A stretch of 63,996 bases of DNA, the filler included, from Conidiobolus incongruus B7586 (Eukaryota), in assembly GCA_000697335.1 (NCBI GenBank). It is 28 parts of 28 records of this genome, joined end to end, with 100 filler letters (N's around TTAATTAATTAA, not from the genome) between each part and the next. Parts side by side here need not be neighbours in the genome. Positions count along the whole stretch, not along the records: positions 1 to 2,908 come from JNEM01000905.1; positions 3,009 to 6,029 come from JNEM01000907.1; positions 6,130 to 9,015 come from JNEM01000908.1; positions 9,116 to 11,836 come from JNEM01000909.1; 24 more parts are not named here. One strand, written 5' to 3'. Position 1 is the stretch's first letter, and the number at the start of each line of letters is the position of its first letter. Shown here in pieces: positions 1 through 11,747 of this stretch. The notes beneath the pieces are model-generated. The model worked only from the letters and a program-made list of their open reading frames with translations, searched no databases and was not told the DNA's origin. The translations under genes were made by a program, and so were the position numbers.

Positions 1-345
1 TAAATATTATCCTTTTTAAATATAATAAGACAAATTTAATAATAGATGGTAATATTAGATATAATATTATAATTATAAGCTATAAATAAATCTTAAATAA
101 TTTTAAAATATTTATAGTTAAGTTTTGATTATACAAAAATACAAAACTTGATAATTATTGTCTAATTTAAACAAAATCAAAGTTAACTATAAATATATAA
201 TTAAATATATATTAATTTAATAAATAATTATCAAATATATATATATATATATAATTTGAAAATATTAATTCATTTATATAATATATATTAGTTTTTAAAA
301 ACTAACAATATTTTTGAAAAATCAGAAATTCAATAATTTGCCATT
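1..345 (-). mobile_element. mariner family B, 5' end fragment (degenerate)
   Basis: Aligns by eye to 36185-36525 (aactaacaatatttttgaaaaatcagaaattcaataatttgccatt vs aactagcaatatatttgaaaaatcagaaatcaaaaaatttgccatt) and to the reverse complement of 28375-28700. Confidence 0.75.
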
Positions 346-499
346 TATTTTTGAACTAATAATAATTGAAACTTTGATTTATAAAAAAATTAAAGGAATT
401 AATAAATTCACTTCTGACAATGAAATACTTCAGTAATTTACTTTTTTATTCATATCGATTGTATAAAATTTCAAATTTAAAAGATTAGTATAAGAAAAT

Positions 500-856
500 C
501 TAATAACCGCCAAGGAGACCTGATAACATATTTTGCAAACCTCCAGCACCTCCAATAGATCCCATGAATGATTGAATGAAAGGAGCAATCATGTTGGCAA
601 GACCTCCCAATGCCTGCATTGGATCATTTCCAGAAGCACCAGAGTTTCCGTTTGACCCACCCATCATATTCATCATATTACCCATCATATCACCACCTCC
701 AGAGTTGCCATTTGTAGATGGAGCTGGAGCTGGAGCTGGAGCTGGAGGAGCTGGAGCTTGAGCTGCTGGGGCACCATGGTCACCATGGTCACCATGAGGA
801 GCAGCGAAAACGGCCAACATACTGACGAGGAAAAGGTAAAAGAATTGGAATTTCAT
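500..856 (-). CDS. small secreted protein, 118 aa: signal peptide, (HGD)n and Pro-Ala repeats, Gly/Met/Asn-rich C-terminal half
   Basis: Intact ATG..TAG ORF forming a GC-rich island in AT-rich DNA. MKFQFFYLFLVSMLAVFA|AP fits a signal peptide with a V-F-A cleavage site. A TATA-like tatatataa lies upstream on the minus strand (about 920-928). Confidence 0.9.
   Translation of the reverse strand: MKFQFFYLFLVSMLAVFAAPHGDHGDHGAPAAQAPAPPAPAPAPAPSTNGNSGGGDMMGNMMNMMGGSNGNSGASGNDPMQALGGLANMIAPFIQSFMGSIGGAGGLQNMLSGLLGGY
721..797. repeat. coding tandem repeats: (GGAGCT)n encoding Pro-Ala and (GTCACCATG)n encoding His-Gly-Asp
   Basis: ggagctggagctggagctggagctggaggagctggagct at 721-758; caccatggtcaccatggtcaccatg at 772-797. 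Confidence 0.9.
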
Positions 857-2908
857 TGTAAATAATACTAATTGTAAATTGATATATTTTTTAATATTTG
901 TAATTGTACAAAGACATCATTATATATACTAATTAAAAACCAATAGTACAGTGACCCTATTAAGACCAATAATGCTTTTCGAACGAAATATTGATGCCTT
1001 TTGGCATAATAGGCTATTTTCAAAATGAATTCAGGAAAGATTTAACCATAATAAAATATGATTAGTTTGATGATCCAAATTTATCCTTTTCATATTTTGG
1101 GCTTATAACTCAATAACAACTTGATTCAATTTTTGCCAATTAATAAAATTTGAAATATTACCAAATTTGGTGAGTTCAAATATATATATCAGTAAATAAT
1201 TTGTTTTAAATTTTAATCACTATAGCTTATTAAATAAAGTTTTATTAAAAATTAAATTTAAGAATTCACTTTTAATATTTAATAGTAATCACTGATAAAA
1301 ATATGCTTTTTTTAATTTAAATTGAAATTTTTTATTCTATTGAAATTTGATTCAAAAATTTATATTTATTTGAATTACCTAAGATTGACATCAGAATTAA
1401 TTAAATACCTCAAAATTATTAATAGTATTGGCGTTGCTAGTAACTTTACTGACAATTGCGGTAAGGTTACATTTATGCTAAATTATTAATGATTTTAATT
1501 AATTATGTATCAATTTAAAGTTTTGATATATATTTAACTTCATTCCTCTTTTATTTTAAAATTACTTATTTTTATTATTTTTCTATTAAATGAATATTGG
1601 GTTGAGGCGATTTTTTAGGCTAAACTCTATTAGTTTTATAATCATTATTATTGATGTTTATATCTTAATATATAAACTTTATGATTTAAATGCATATAAC
1701 GACATTGGTTAAGAATTGAAATTTTTTCTACATACTTTTGGCAGAATCATTGCTTTTACTTTGTAATTTGAAATAATATTAATATTAATGCTAATATTTG
1801 CATTAGACAAAAATAAATTTTCCCAAAGTATTTAATCATAATTTGAATTTAATTTTTTATTAAAATAAAATTGTATTAGAATTGCACATAAATCAAAATT
1901 ATCTAAACTTGAATTAACATAATAAACTGAATTTTTTCAAGTTTCCTCAGTTGATATCCAATTTAAATGAATACACAATTAATTTTGATATTAGCAACTA
2001 TAAAATTAATTTAATATGATTTTAAACCTGATGATTCTCAAATGTTTAAGTTAATTGAAAATTCCGATATACTCGAATGATACGGAGAGTACACGTTTAA
2101 ATAATCCATTATACATTATATTAGGTGGCCAATTTATGCTCCTTAATGTTTCAATTCTGATCTATTTATTTTACTCGAATTTATAAACAATTTGTTACAT
2201 AATTAAATAAAATGAATATTATAATTTATTATACCAAAATTATTAAATGTCTAAAGTCAACAATAATTTGAACTATATCTTATAAATGAAATAATAATAT
2301 ACAAAATTAACAGACTTAAACTTATATAAAAATCAGATCAAATTTTGATTAGTAATGAAATTAAATAATTATATTATTTAAATTGAAGTCAAATATTTAA
2401 CAACTATAATTATATATTATATGTTTAATGGATTCATATAATATAATAACTAATAAAGTTATTTTTCAATTTTATTTAACTTTATTATATATTTAATTTC
2501 AATAATATAGAATTTAATATAAATTTTCATAATCATTTTTGCTTATATTATATATTAAGAATATTGATTTATTATAATGTAATAGTTAAGCCAATATTAC
2601 TCCTTATTCAAAGTGGTTTTATTGGAATATTAAATAATGATATTTTTTAATTTTTTGATTTTGATATATCCAAATCCAATGATATTTCTTAAATAGATTA
2701 TTTAAATCTAAAAGTGATAGATTAAATATTCTGTTATAATATTTTAATATCAATAAAATATTAAAAACGATGAATAAATTAATATAATTAATTATAATAT
2801 TCTTTATTTATGTATTATTATATAAAGTTATATAATCTATATTTATTATTAATATAATTAAACTTATATATGATAAAATGATTAAATAATTAACTACTCA
2901 ATATAATA

Positions 2909-3008
2909 NNNNNNNNNNNNNNNNNNNNNNNNNNNNNNNNNNNNNNNNNNNNTTAATTAATTAANNNNNNNNNNNNNNNNNNNNNNNNNNNNNNNNNNNN
3001 NNNNNNNN
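2909..3008. other. artificial contig linker (44 N + TTAATTAATTAA + 44 N), first of 27
   Basis: Identical 100-bp linkers start at 2909, 6030, 9016, 11837, 14730, 17391, 20518, 23523, 25764, 27938, 30814, 32826, 34731, 38132, 39953, 42084, 45115, 47210, 48911, 50555, 52125, 54126, 55945, 57599, 59155, 60798 and 62801. The 12-mer places stops in all six frames. Confidence 0.98.
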
Positions 3009-4120
3009 AAATATATTTAAACTTAAACTTATATATGTTAAGATTATAAATAAATATAATAAGAAGTATATTTGTTGGTTAGTTAATATTAATAAATATA
3101 ATATTACTATAAAAATATAGAAAAAATTATAAGACTATATATCAATATTAGTTAATACTAATATTATTATATATACTTTATATTGTAATAGATATTATTT
3201 GCACTTTAAGAAAAAACACCTTTAATTAAAAAAATCCTATTATAAAATTAGATAAGAGTTTAAATATCATTATTAATATTAAACTAAAATTAATTAGAAT
3301 AATATTATTTAATTTAAATAAATAAAAATATATTTTAGTTTATTTATTAAAAAAACTAGATATTTTAAAAAAGAAATAAAACTACTTTATAACTATTATG
3401 TTAATTTTACCTAAAAGTATAATAATAAGTTAATTATTATTTAAAGATATATATTATCTTTAGATATAAGATATTTGTATAAAGTTAATAAGGGAATTAA
3501 TATTAAAATATACTAAAGTATTTTAACTAATAAATTGAAAAAACCATTGAATAATATAAGTTAAACAAATTTAATATTATTTTCTAATAAGATAATACTT
3601 TCTCTTATATTATAACTTTTATTACCAAATAACTTAAAAATAACAAGATAATAGTTATAAAGTAGCTTCTTTATTTTTTTTAACTTTAACTTAATTAAAT
3701 ACCTTTAAAATTAATTAAAAAAAGTTATTAAAGTTTTCCCACCAATAAAAAAATTAAATTAGCTTTAATAATATATTTAAAAAATATAGAATAAAATTAA
3801 CCCTTTTTAATATAAGAAGTTAATTGATTTTAAACTTTATAAACTTAAACAAGTTAGAAATCTTAAAGACAAATAAACTAAGTTTTAATTTTTTTATTAT
3901 TAAAAATTTACAAACTTATAATTTATTTTAGATAAAAATTAAAGGTTTATATTTATACCAATTACTAGTTAAATATCATTATTTAATGATATATATTATT
4001 AATAAATATAATAGATTTTAATTATTTAATTTAAATTTATTTCATTAAATATTAATAAGGTTATTATTAAAAATATAAATGTTTTTAACTTTATACCTCA
4101 TTTTTACAAGTTAGTATATA
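3009..4120 (+). mobile_element. Tc1 (DD34E) family A copy, 5'-truncated, with 3' TIR
   Basis: Colinear with 41000-41993 and 58100-59154; the KKKH motif (aagaaaaaacac) lies at about 3208; ends ctcatttttacaagttagtata. Confidence 0.85.
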
Positions 4121-4268
4121 TATATTTAAAAATAAAAGTAATATTTTGAAACTTATAAATAATTATTTAAATAATCAAAAATATCATTAATTATGTATAT
4201 ATATATACTATATAATAATTTAATTTCAATTTATATTCCAATATATTAAATACAATTATATATTAATA

Positions 4269-5560
4269 ATGCTTAAATTTTCAAATATTTGTCTTGCAAA
4301 AAGAAAAGGAATTATTATTGGAAAATATTAAGAAATCTAACTTATTTAACTTATAAAGAGTTTAGAATAAATAAAAAAACTATTAATTGATTATATTTTA
4401 AAGATATTAATAAAGGTTTTAATTTATATAAACAACCAATAAAAATAATAGATAAGTATTTAATAAATTTACCAAAAAAAGGAAGATTAAAGAAAATCAC
4501 CCTAAGAGTAAAAAGAAAGATAATTAAAATTATTATTAGAAGTTGATAAGGAAGAAAAAAAGATTATAGGGATATAGCAGATGAAATAAGTTATTATGGT
4601 ATATATATTGGCAAGGAATCAATATAAAAAGTTTTGAATGAAGCAGGGTATTTTAGACAAAAACCAATATAAAAACCTGGTTTAACTTTTTAGAAAAAAA
4701 AACAAAGTTTAGAATGGTATTTAAAATATATTCAAAAAAATAAAAATTTTAAGAAAAATAAATACTAGTCTGATATATCATTTATAATAATAAATTATTA
4801 TACTATAGGTGATTTAATTTGGTGAGTAGTTGATAAAAAGTATCATAAATATTATATAAAATAAAAATTCAAAGAATATAATATTTGATTTTTTTAGGGT
4901 GACTTTAATAACTATAAAAAAGATCTATGTTATTTCTAAATATATAAAACAATAGCAAAACAAAAATAGGGAAAAATAAATCTTATAAAAATTAATATTC
5001 AATATGAACCAGAAATAAAACAATTATAGGAATAATCATTATATTCAAATAAAAATAATACTATAAATAATTCTAAGTCTTTAGAATGGAATTAGGATAA
5101 AGCTAGTGGAAAATTGGTTTATAAGGTTAAAAATAATGAAATAAACTAGAATAGATAATATTCAAAAGTAATAGCTCTATTATTTATTCCTTTTGTTAAA
5201 AGTTATAAAAAAACAACCAAATATTATAATAATAGATGATAATATAAAACCCCATATCTATCCATTTATCAAAAAATTACTAAAAAAACAATAATATTTA
5301 AATATTTGAATAATGTCCAAACAGTCTTAATCTTAATTTTGCTAAGTTTATATAGGTATATATTAAAAAGAAAATGAAAAAATTATCAAAAAAATAACTA
5401 AACCTTAATTTAGAAATATTTGCAAAAAAAATATAGGATAATATTTCACAAAAAAGAATTAAAGATAAGTTTAATAAGCAAAATCAAATATAAAACATAT
5501 GATCAAACTTAAAGATGGTAATAAATATCATAAAAGAAGAAAAAACCTGAAAACTTTAAT
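4269..5560 (+). mobile_element. degenerate fungal-type Tc1-like transposase (family C)
   Basis: Manual translation gives LPKKGR..EAGYFRQKPI*KPGLT..EWYLKY..*SD..FF*GDF..EPEIKQL*E..EWN*DKASGKL..DDNIKPH..*CPNSLNLN..LKDGNKY. This matches the KPTRKPGLT / WSDE / FWGCF / NSPDLN / EGGNEY pattern of fungal Tc1-like transposases. Many stops are present. Confidence 0.8.
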
Positions 5561-5954
5561 ATTGATAAATCTAAAATAAATGATAGCAATGATAATATTG
5601 AAACTAAATATAAATTATTAGATAAATTGAATAAATTATTTACAAGTATATTTTATATTTAATATTTAATTTTTAATAAATATATTCATTAGCTATTTAT
5701 TTAAATTAAATGAAAAATAATATCAAATTAAAGGATATCAAAAATAAATAATAAAAAAATAATTAGAGAGAATATTATTTGGTTAAAAATATATAAGAAC
5801 TAAAAAATCATGTGAAAAGGTTAATATTAAAAAAAATTATACTATTAACTTTAGATTTAAATATAAAATTTTATCTAATATATAATAGTGAAATTAACTT
5901 AATATTAGATAGTGATAATTAAATTAAATTTAAGGATTTTGAAATATATATAGA

Positions 5955-6029
5955 TATACACTAGTTTTTAAAAATAAGTTATAAAATTAAAAATATAAAT
6001 ATTTTTATTAATATCTTAATTAATTCTGA
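5955..6029 (-). mobile_element. terminal fragment (TIR) of Tc1 family A
   Basis: tatacactagtttttaaaaataagttataaaattaaaaatataaatatttttattaatatcttaat matches 49011-49075 and the reverse complement of 4060-4120. Confidence 0.7.
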
Positions 6030-6129
6030 NNNNNNNNNNNNNNNNNNNNNNNNNNNNNNNNNNNNNNNNNNNNTTAATTAATTAANNNNNNNNNNNNNNN
6101 NNNNNNNNNNNNNNNNNNNNNNNNNNNNN

Positions 6130-6250
6130 AAATTAATTAAAATAAAATAATTATCAATTTTATATTATATATTTATTTTTATATATTATATATCAAAATG
6201 TTTATTTTTTTCTATTATAAAAAACTCCTATTATTTAAATTATAGAATAA
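6130..6250 (+). mobile_element. 3' end of mariner family B
   Basis: aaaaactcctattatttaaattatagaata matches the 3' TIR regions at 39625-39655 and 61775-61806. Confidence 0.65.
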
Positions 6251-6634
6251 TAATATAGTAATAATTAATTGTTAAAAATTTAAATAAAATAAATTAGAAT
6301 TTTATTAATTATTAAAATAATAAGCCTATTCAAATTTGTCCCATTTTTTCTAATTTTCAATTTGACTAATTTTTTCCAAAACCAAAATTAGTTACTTAAC
6401 CAAAAAAATCAAAAAAATTAGTTAAAAAAATAGCTTACTAATTTTTTCAATTTATAAAACCCACTAGTTTTCTCCTATAAAATATAAAAATAAGGCTCAA
6501 GATTTATCATTATAATTGACAGCAATATAACTTTATTTTATTTTAATCAAACAACTTTTATTTTATATTAAATACCATATAAATCTATTAGCAAAAACAT
6601 TGCTTTTAAGTTTTATCTTGTTTTTTTTTCTTTT

Positions 6635-7380
6635 ATGTCATCTATTATTAATACTAGTAATAACAATAAAAACTCCCTTGAACTATATTTGATAAAAGCT
6701 ATACTTAGTTAGTTAAGGCAGAAGGAAAACTATGAATCCTGGTGCTTTAACAAGTTCAACACTTTTTTTCAAATATACAGGTTTATCCTTGTTTTAAAAA
6801 GAGTAGATTATATAAAGTTAAGAAAGAAGCTTGATAAAATATTTAATCATATAAGAACTCTTATTTTCAAATTTAAAACAGTTGAATAAATTTTAACAGG
6901 TAAATAATATAATAGAAATAACTTTTTGTTTACAATAGTTAATACTCTTATAACACAAGATAATTTAGTTTTTAAAGCCTTTAATATAGCTCTTATAGCT
7001 TTTTCATCACAAAACTAGTTTTGCTATAAAGAACTAAATTACTTAGATAATGAAAAATAAAATAATAGCAGCTTTTACATTTTATTGTCTTCTTTAATTA
7101 AAAGCTTTAGAAGCATAAAAAACAATAAAAAAAGAAGAAAGAGTACCTAATTTTCCCCTTTTCTTAAAGTTATTAAAGAAAGCATACAAGAGTGAAATGA
7201 GATTTTAAGATAGTAGATTAAGTTATAATAATTATAAGAAGAATATTATTTATAAATATTAAAACAACAATAATTTTTAATAAAAAAACTCTTATAATTA
7301 ATGCATAAGAATTTTAAAAAGAGTGGTTAGTTTATATAATTTTTATTATAAAACAGAATATAATTAAAAGAATATATCTA
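6635..7380 (+). pseudogene. Harbinger ORF2, putative Myb/SANT-like DNA-binding protein (degenerate)
   Basis: MSSIINTSNNNKNSLELYLIKAILS*LRQKENYESWC.. resembles the LxWL..xNY.xW start of Harbinger accessory proteins. It lies inside the TIRs, convergent with the transposase. The 3' end is approximate. Confidence 0.5.
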
Positions 7381-7539
7381 AAATAATTAACCAAATGTTA
7401 GTTTATGATAATATCATTATTTATGATTTATTTAATTTAGCAAAGTTATTATGTGTATTGATTATATCTTGTTTATTATTGTCAATATCAATATTTTCAT
7501 TAGTTTCTCTTTTACCTTTTTTTTTAAATTATAGTCTTG

Positions 7540-8650
7540 CTTATTAAGAGAAATAAAGTTATAAAGGAAAATAGTTATATATATAAGTGTAACAATAAAT
7601 TGATAAACTTTTGCATTTTATATATGATAAAGCAATAACCTTAAATAAAAAAAGATAGCTTTCTAAATACTAAAAGTTTTTTCTATTATAGATTACTCTC
7701 TATTATATGCAATATTAAATTTCTCTATTCTTTTCTTTATAGAGAAAAGGGTAGCTTCAATCTAATTTCTTTAAAATAAAGTAATTATAAATTTATTATT
7801 AGCATAACCTATAAAAAAGAGAAATTAAATAAAGACATTTATTTTTTATTAATAATAAATTAACTTAAATATAAAGCAATTATATTGTTTATTATTATTT
7901 ATAAGAATATATTTTTTTTGTTTAAAATATTTATTTAATTCATTAAACAATTTAGATGCTTTTAAAGTATTAGAGTTATAATATAATTTAAGTTTCCTAA
8001 ACTCAAAATATATAAATTTATTTGAAGATAATACAACAATTATATATTAAAGGTTATGTGTGCTTTTTCTATTATAATATAATTAGGTATAAAATATAAG
8101 CTAATTTTCAAGTATAATATAACTACCATTTAAATAACTAGTATAGTTATTAAAGGGAAATTGTTTTGAATAAGCTTTTTCTACATTATAATGATATTCT
8201 AACCAAACTATTTGATCATCTAATTTCTTTCTAATAGAGTATATTATTTTTTTAATATATAAAATAATAGTTCCTTCTCCTATTTAAAACTTTTCTGTTA
8301 TATCTTTTAAACATGTTTTTTTATAACCTAGTTGGTAAAGTATAATTGCTAATTAAGTTTCTAAAGGTGTTTATTTTCTTTAATGAGAAGAAATAAAATT
8401 TTTGGATAATTGTAAAATATTAGCAAGTTGGAAAAACTTAGCCTTTAGCATTTTTATCTATCTTTTAAAATTATATTCTTTAAAAGGAAGTTTATATATA
8501 AACTATTGTAGCAAGTATAGTATATATAACAAATATAGAAATATATATCTTAAGATTTTTAGTTTATATAATAATCTTAAAATTACTAAATTATTTGAGA
8601 TTTTATTAAAATTTACTATAGTAAAACTAATAAGGAACTCTATTATTTCT
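7540..8650 (-). pseudogene. Harbinger/HARBI1-like DDE transposase (degenerate) with one intron (about 7892-7809)
   Basis: Minus-strand translation gives TPLET*LAIILYQLG..F*IGEGTI..IVWL..YLNGSYI..YYNRK..YILINN[intron]GY..FNIAY..IIEKTFSI*K..FLYNF, equivalent to the QLA.LY.LG / IGEGTV / IDG / ADSGY / IE.FG.LK / LHNF motifs. Boundaries are approximate. Confidence 0.85.
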
Positions 8651-11600
8651 TTTTTGTTAAGCATAAGAAAAAATAAAACTTATGAGGTGATTTTGATGAA
8701 TATTATATATTTTTTAGTTTGAGAAGAGGAAAACTTAAAGTTAATTATCAAAAAAAATCACTGAATTTTTTTTAGGTTATATTTGAGTATATTTTTAATA
8801 TTTTTCAGAAAAATTAGAAAAATCAAGAAATATGATAGATTTGAGTAAGCCTAATATATTATAATAAAATTAAAATAAACCTTTTATAATTAAAATATTG
8901 AGTTTAAAATATTAAATTATTTTTAAATAATTTAAATTTATTTTTCAAATTAATAATTAGAAAATATATAGATAATTACAGTATATTCAAATATATATTA
9001 TAATTTATTTAGTTTNNNNNNNNNNNNNNNNNNNNNNNNNNNNNNNNNNNNNNNNNNNNTTAATTAATTAANNNNNNNNNNNNNNNNNNNNNNNNNNNNN
9101 NNNNNNNNNNNNNNNATATATAATATTTTATATATAAATTTTGAAAACATATTTGACTTTGAATATAATATATATTTTCTAATTAACTATATTATATTGA
9201 TTTTTGAATTAATGATCTAAATTAATTTTATAATAATATTAATTATAAAACAATAGTTAAACTTTAATAATATATATTATTTAAATAAAATAAAATATAT
9301 ATTAAATATTATTAATAAATAAAAAAATTTCAAAATTTTGATATAATTGCCGATTGAGCCATATTTTATAAATCAATATATTGAATAAAATAATTATTAA
9401 TATTATTTCATTATATTTTCAAATTATACCTTACTATCCTATTTTGAATTCCTTATTAAGAAATTATTGAATTAACAGGTTCCAGATATTATAAATTTAA
9501 AAAAATTTTGAAAAATAATTTGGATTGATAAAATTGGGAATATTGAGCACAAAGAGTGATCAGCACTTTACGAATACTCTACATTTACAAAATTTACATT
9601 TTAATAAAAATTCTCAAGGTTCAAATGTTAATCAAAAACTTCAACAGTTCTATCTAATAAATATTTTGAATGAAAGCGATAAATACCTTTTAAGTTATTA
9701 CAATTGTTGAGTCAGTTTATTGAAATCAACCTGGTTAAAATGTATTCAAAAATAGTATTCACTACGACTAAATAGGAAAAAAAGAATGAAACTATAAATT
9801 GATATATCAGATAAAAAATTAAGACAATTTCGACCAATTTTACAACTATACTAATATAAATTAAATTTAATTTATTTAATTAAAAATCTATATTATTCCA
9901 AATATACCTAAATTTTATATATCGAAACAAGGGTATAACGGGTCAAAATACAATCCACATTAATAAACTTGCAAGCTTATCTTTGATTAAGTTAATTTAG
10001 TGTAACATTATTGATAACCATCTTTAATCTCTATAAAGTATAATTCAGTGTTGATTGATAGATAACTATGGATTTCAACTTTGTGATAATTTCATGATAT
10101 TACTAAATATTTAGTCAGTTTAACCTATCTATCAGAATTATACTTATCAAATATCAATTTATTTATTTAGGATTTTTCACAATATATGGATAAAAACAAA
10201 AATTATAATTAATACGGAGAATATTATTAATTAAAACTAATTAGGTGAATATGTTCGAAATACCATTGTACAGATCTTGTATTTATAAGTCGTGATAGAA
10301 TCATTAAGACCTTCTATTTCTATAATATAATAAAAATATAATTATTATTATTATCTAATTAGCCATCAATTCAATAGCTATTGATCAATATCTTCAATTT
10401 ATCTAAAGATATTAATCCTAAACTCTGATTTTTGACTCGTCACTACTATACTAGATGACAAAGATATCATTAAAATTTTTGAAAACCTTTTATATTAAGT
10501 ACTTCAAATTTATTGAAATTTTAATTTATTTAATTATAAATATAGATAATTAGTTTCCTATAAATCATTTGACTTAAAGTTAATTAATAATATGATATGG
10601 ATATTTATTAAAAATATAGTATTTTAAATTAATATTTAAATATAAACAATTTAAATAGTCTTATCGATTATATAATTTTGAGGCATAAGATTAATATCGT
10701 GTTAAAATCAAACTTTTGATAATAATCAACCCTGATAACACAGAATTGTAAATATTATAACGTGGTAACACTTATCAGGTTTGCTTGGGAAGAATTAATA
10801 AACTGAAAAATCAGATTATTCAATTGTACATAGTCTCCATTTAGATAAATTCATTATTTGATTTCTATCTATTTGTTGACTAATTCCCATATTCTTACCT
10901 TTGTGACATTCAGTTATCAATTTGAATTGATTTTTTTATTGATTGAATAATTTGATAGGGATTGATTAAAAAATGATAGTAAAATTATTAATGTAATTGA
11001 TAGGAAATATATATTCATTTTAAATGTGTAATAATTTAATTCCTTATATTTTACAATTTTATAATGTAGTTGTTCCCTTTGGCTGATAAATATATTAAAT
11101 TTAAATATAGATTTGATAGATATATAAATAATTTTAGATAATTGTAATTAAAATATCAATTTTAAAATATTGATAGATTATATGAAATCAAGCTTGATTA
11201 TACAATATTTTTATATAAAATTTATATTTTTCATTAATATTTAATTCATTTATTAAATATTCAAATTATATATTTTTGAATTTTTCCAATTTCAATATAT
11301 TTAAAAATTAATTAAATATATAAAATAATATTATTGATTAAATGAATGTTTTAATTTTTTAAAGTGATAATAATAGATAATATTATAAAAAACAATCTTA
11401 TTAAAATAATCAAATTTAAGTGATGATTCAATATTAAAAGGATATTACATCATTTTTATGTATGGTGATAGTATTAAAGGTTATCTATAATTATTAATTT
11501 TTCATAGTTATTCTATAGAATTACGAATATACCAAAAACACGTTCTTTATATAAATTTAAGAGATTTTTCATAATTAGTAAATATTCTAAGAAAACTGAT

Positions 11601-11699
11601 AGGTTTTCTTATTATAATGATTGTATTAAATATAAAGCTGAGATAATATTATCAAGTTAACAATCTTTCAATGATCACTTTGTAAACATATTAATTTCA

Positions 11700-11747
11700 T
11701 TAAATTATCAAAAGCTAATATAATAATATTAGCTTTTGATAATTTAA
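11700..11747. repeat. perfect 22-bp inverted repeat with 4-nt loop
   Basis: ttaaattatcaaaagctaatat-aata-atattagcttttgataatttaa. Confidence 0.9.

Larger units (their letters stand above)
6322..8852. mobile_element. full-length degenerate PIF/Harbinger (PHIS) DNA transposon, about 2.5 kb, two convergent ORFs
   Basis: TIRs aagcctattcaaatttgtc (6322-6340) and gatagatttgagtaagcct (8834-8852) differ only by transitions (consensus AGGCCTACTCAAATCTGTC). The element is flanked by aat on both sides and contains a HARBI1-like transposase. Confidence 0.85.

Noticed and set aside
576..761. 61-aa plus-strand ORF
   Set aside because: Antisense shadow of the secreted-protein gene 500-856.
2028..2060. CTGATGA...GAAA hammerhead-like core
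   Set aside because: No stem II pairing or closing G-C pair, and no stems I/III.
2953..2964. Regularly recurring TTAATTAATTAA as a CRISPR-like or biological repeat
   Set aside because: It is always centred in exactly 44+44 N, so it is a six-frame-stop assembly linker.
8402..8722. 106-aa plus-strand ORF
   Set aside because: Antisense to the Harbinger transposase; TTG start and AT-driven I/K/L/F/Y composition.
9525..9710. 61-aa ORF
   Set aside because: TTG start in a eukaryote, no motif, and a length compatible with chance.
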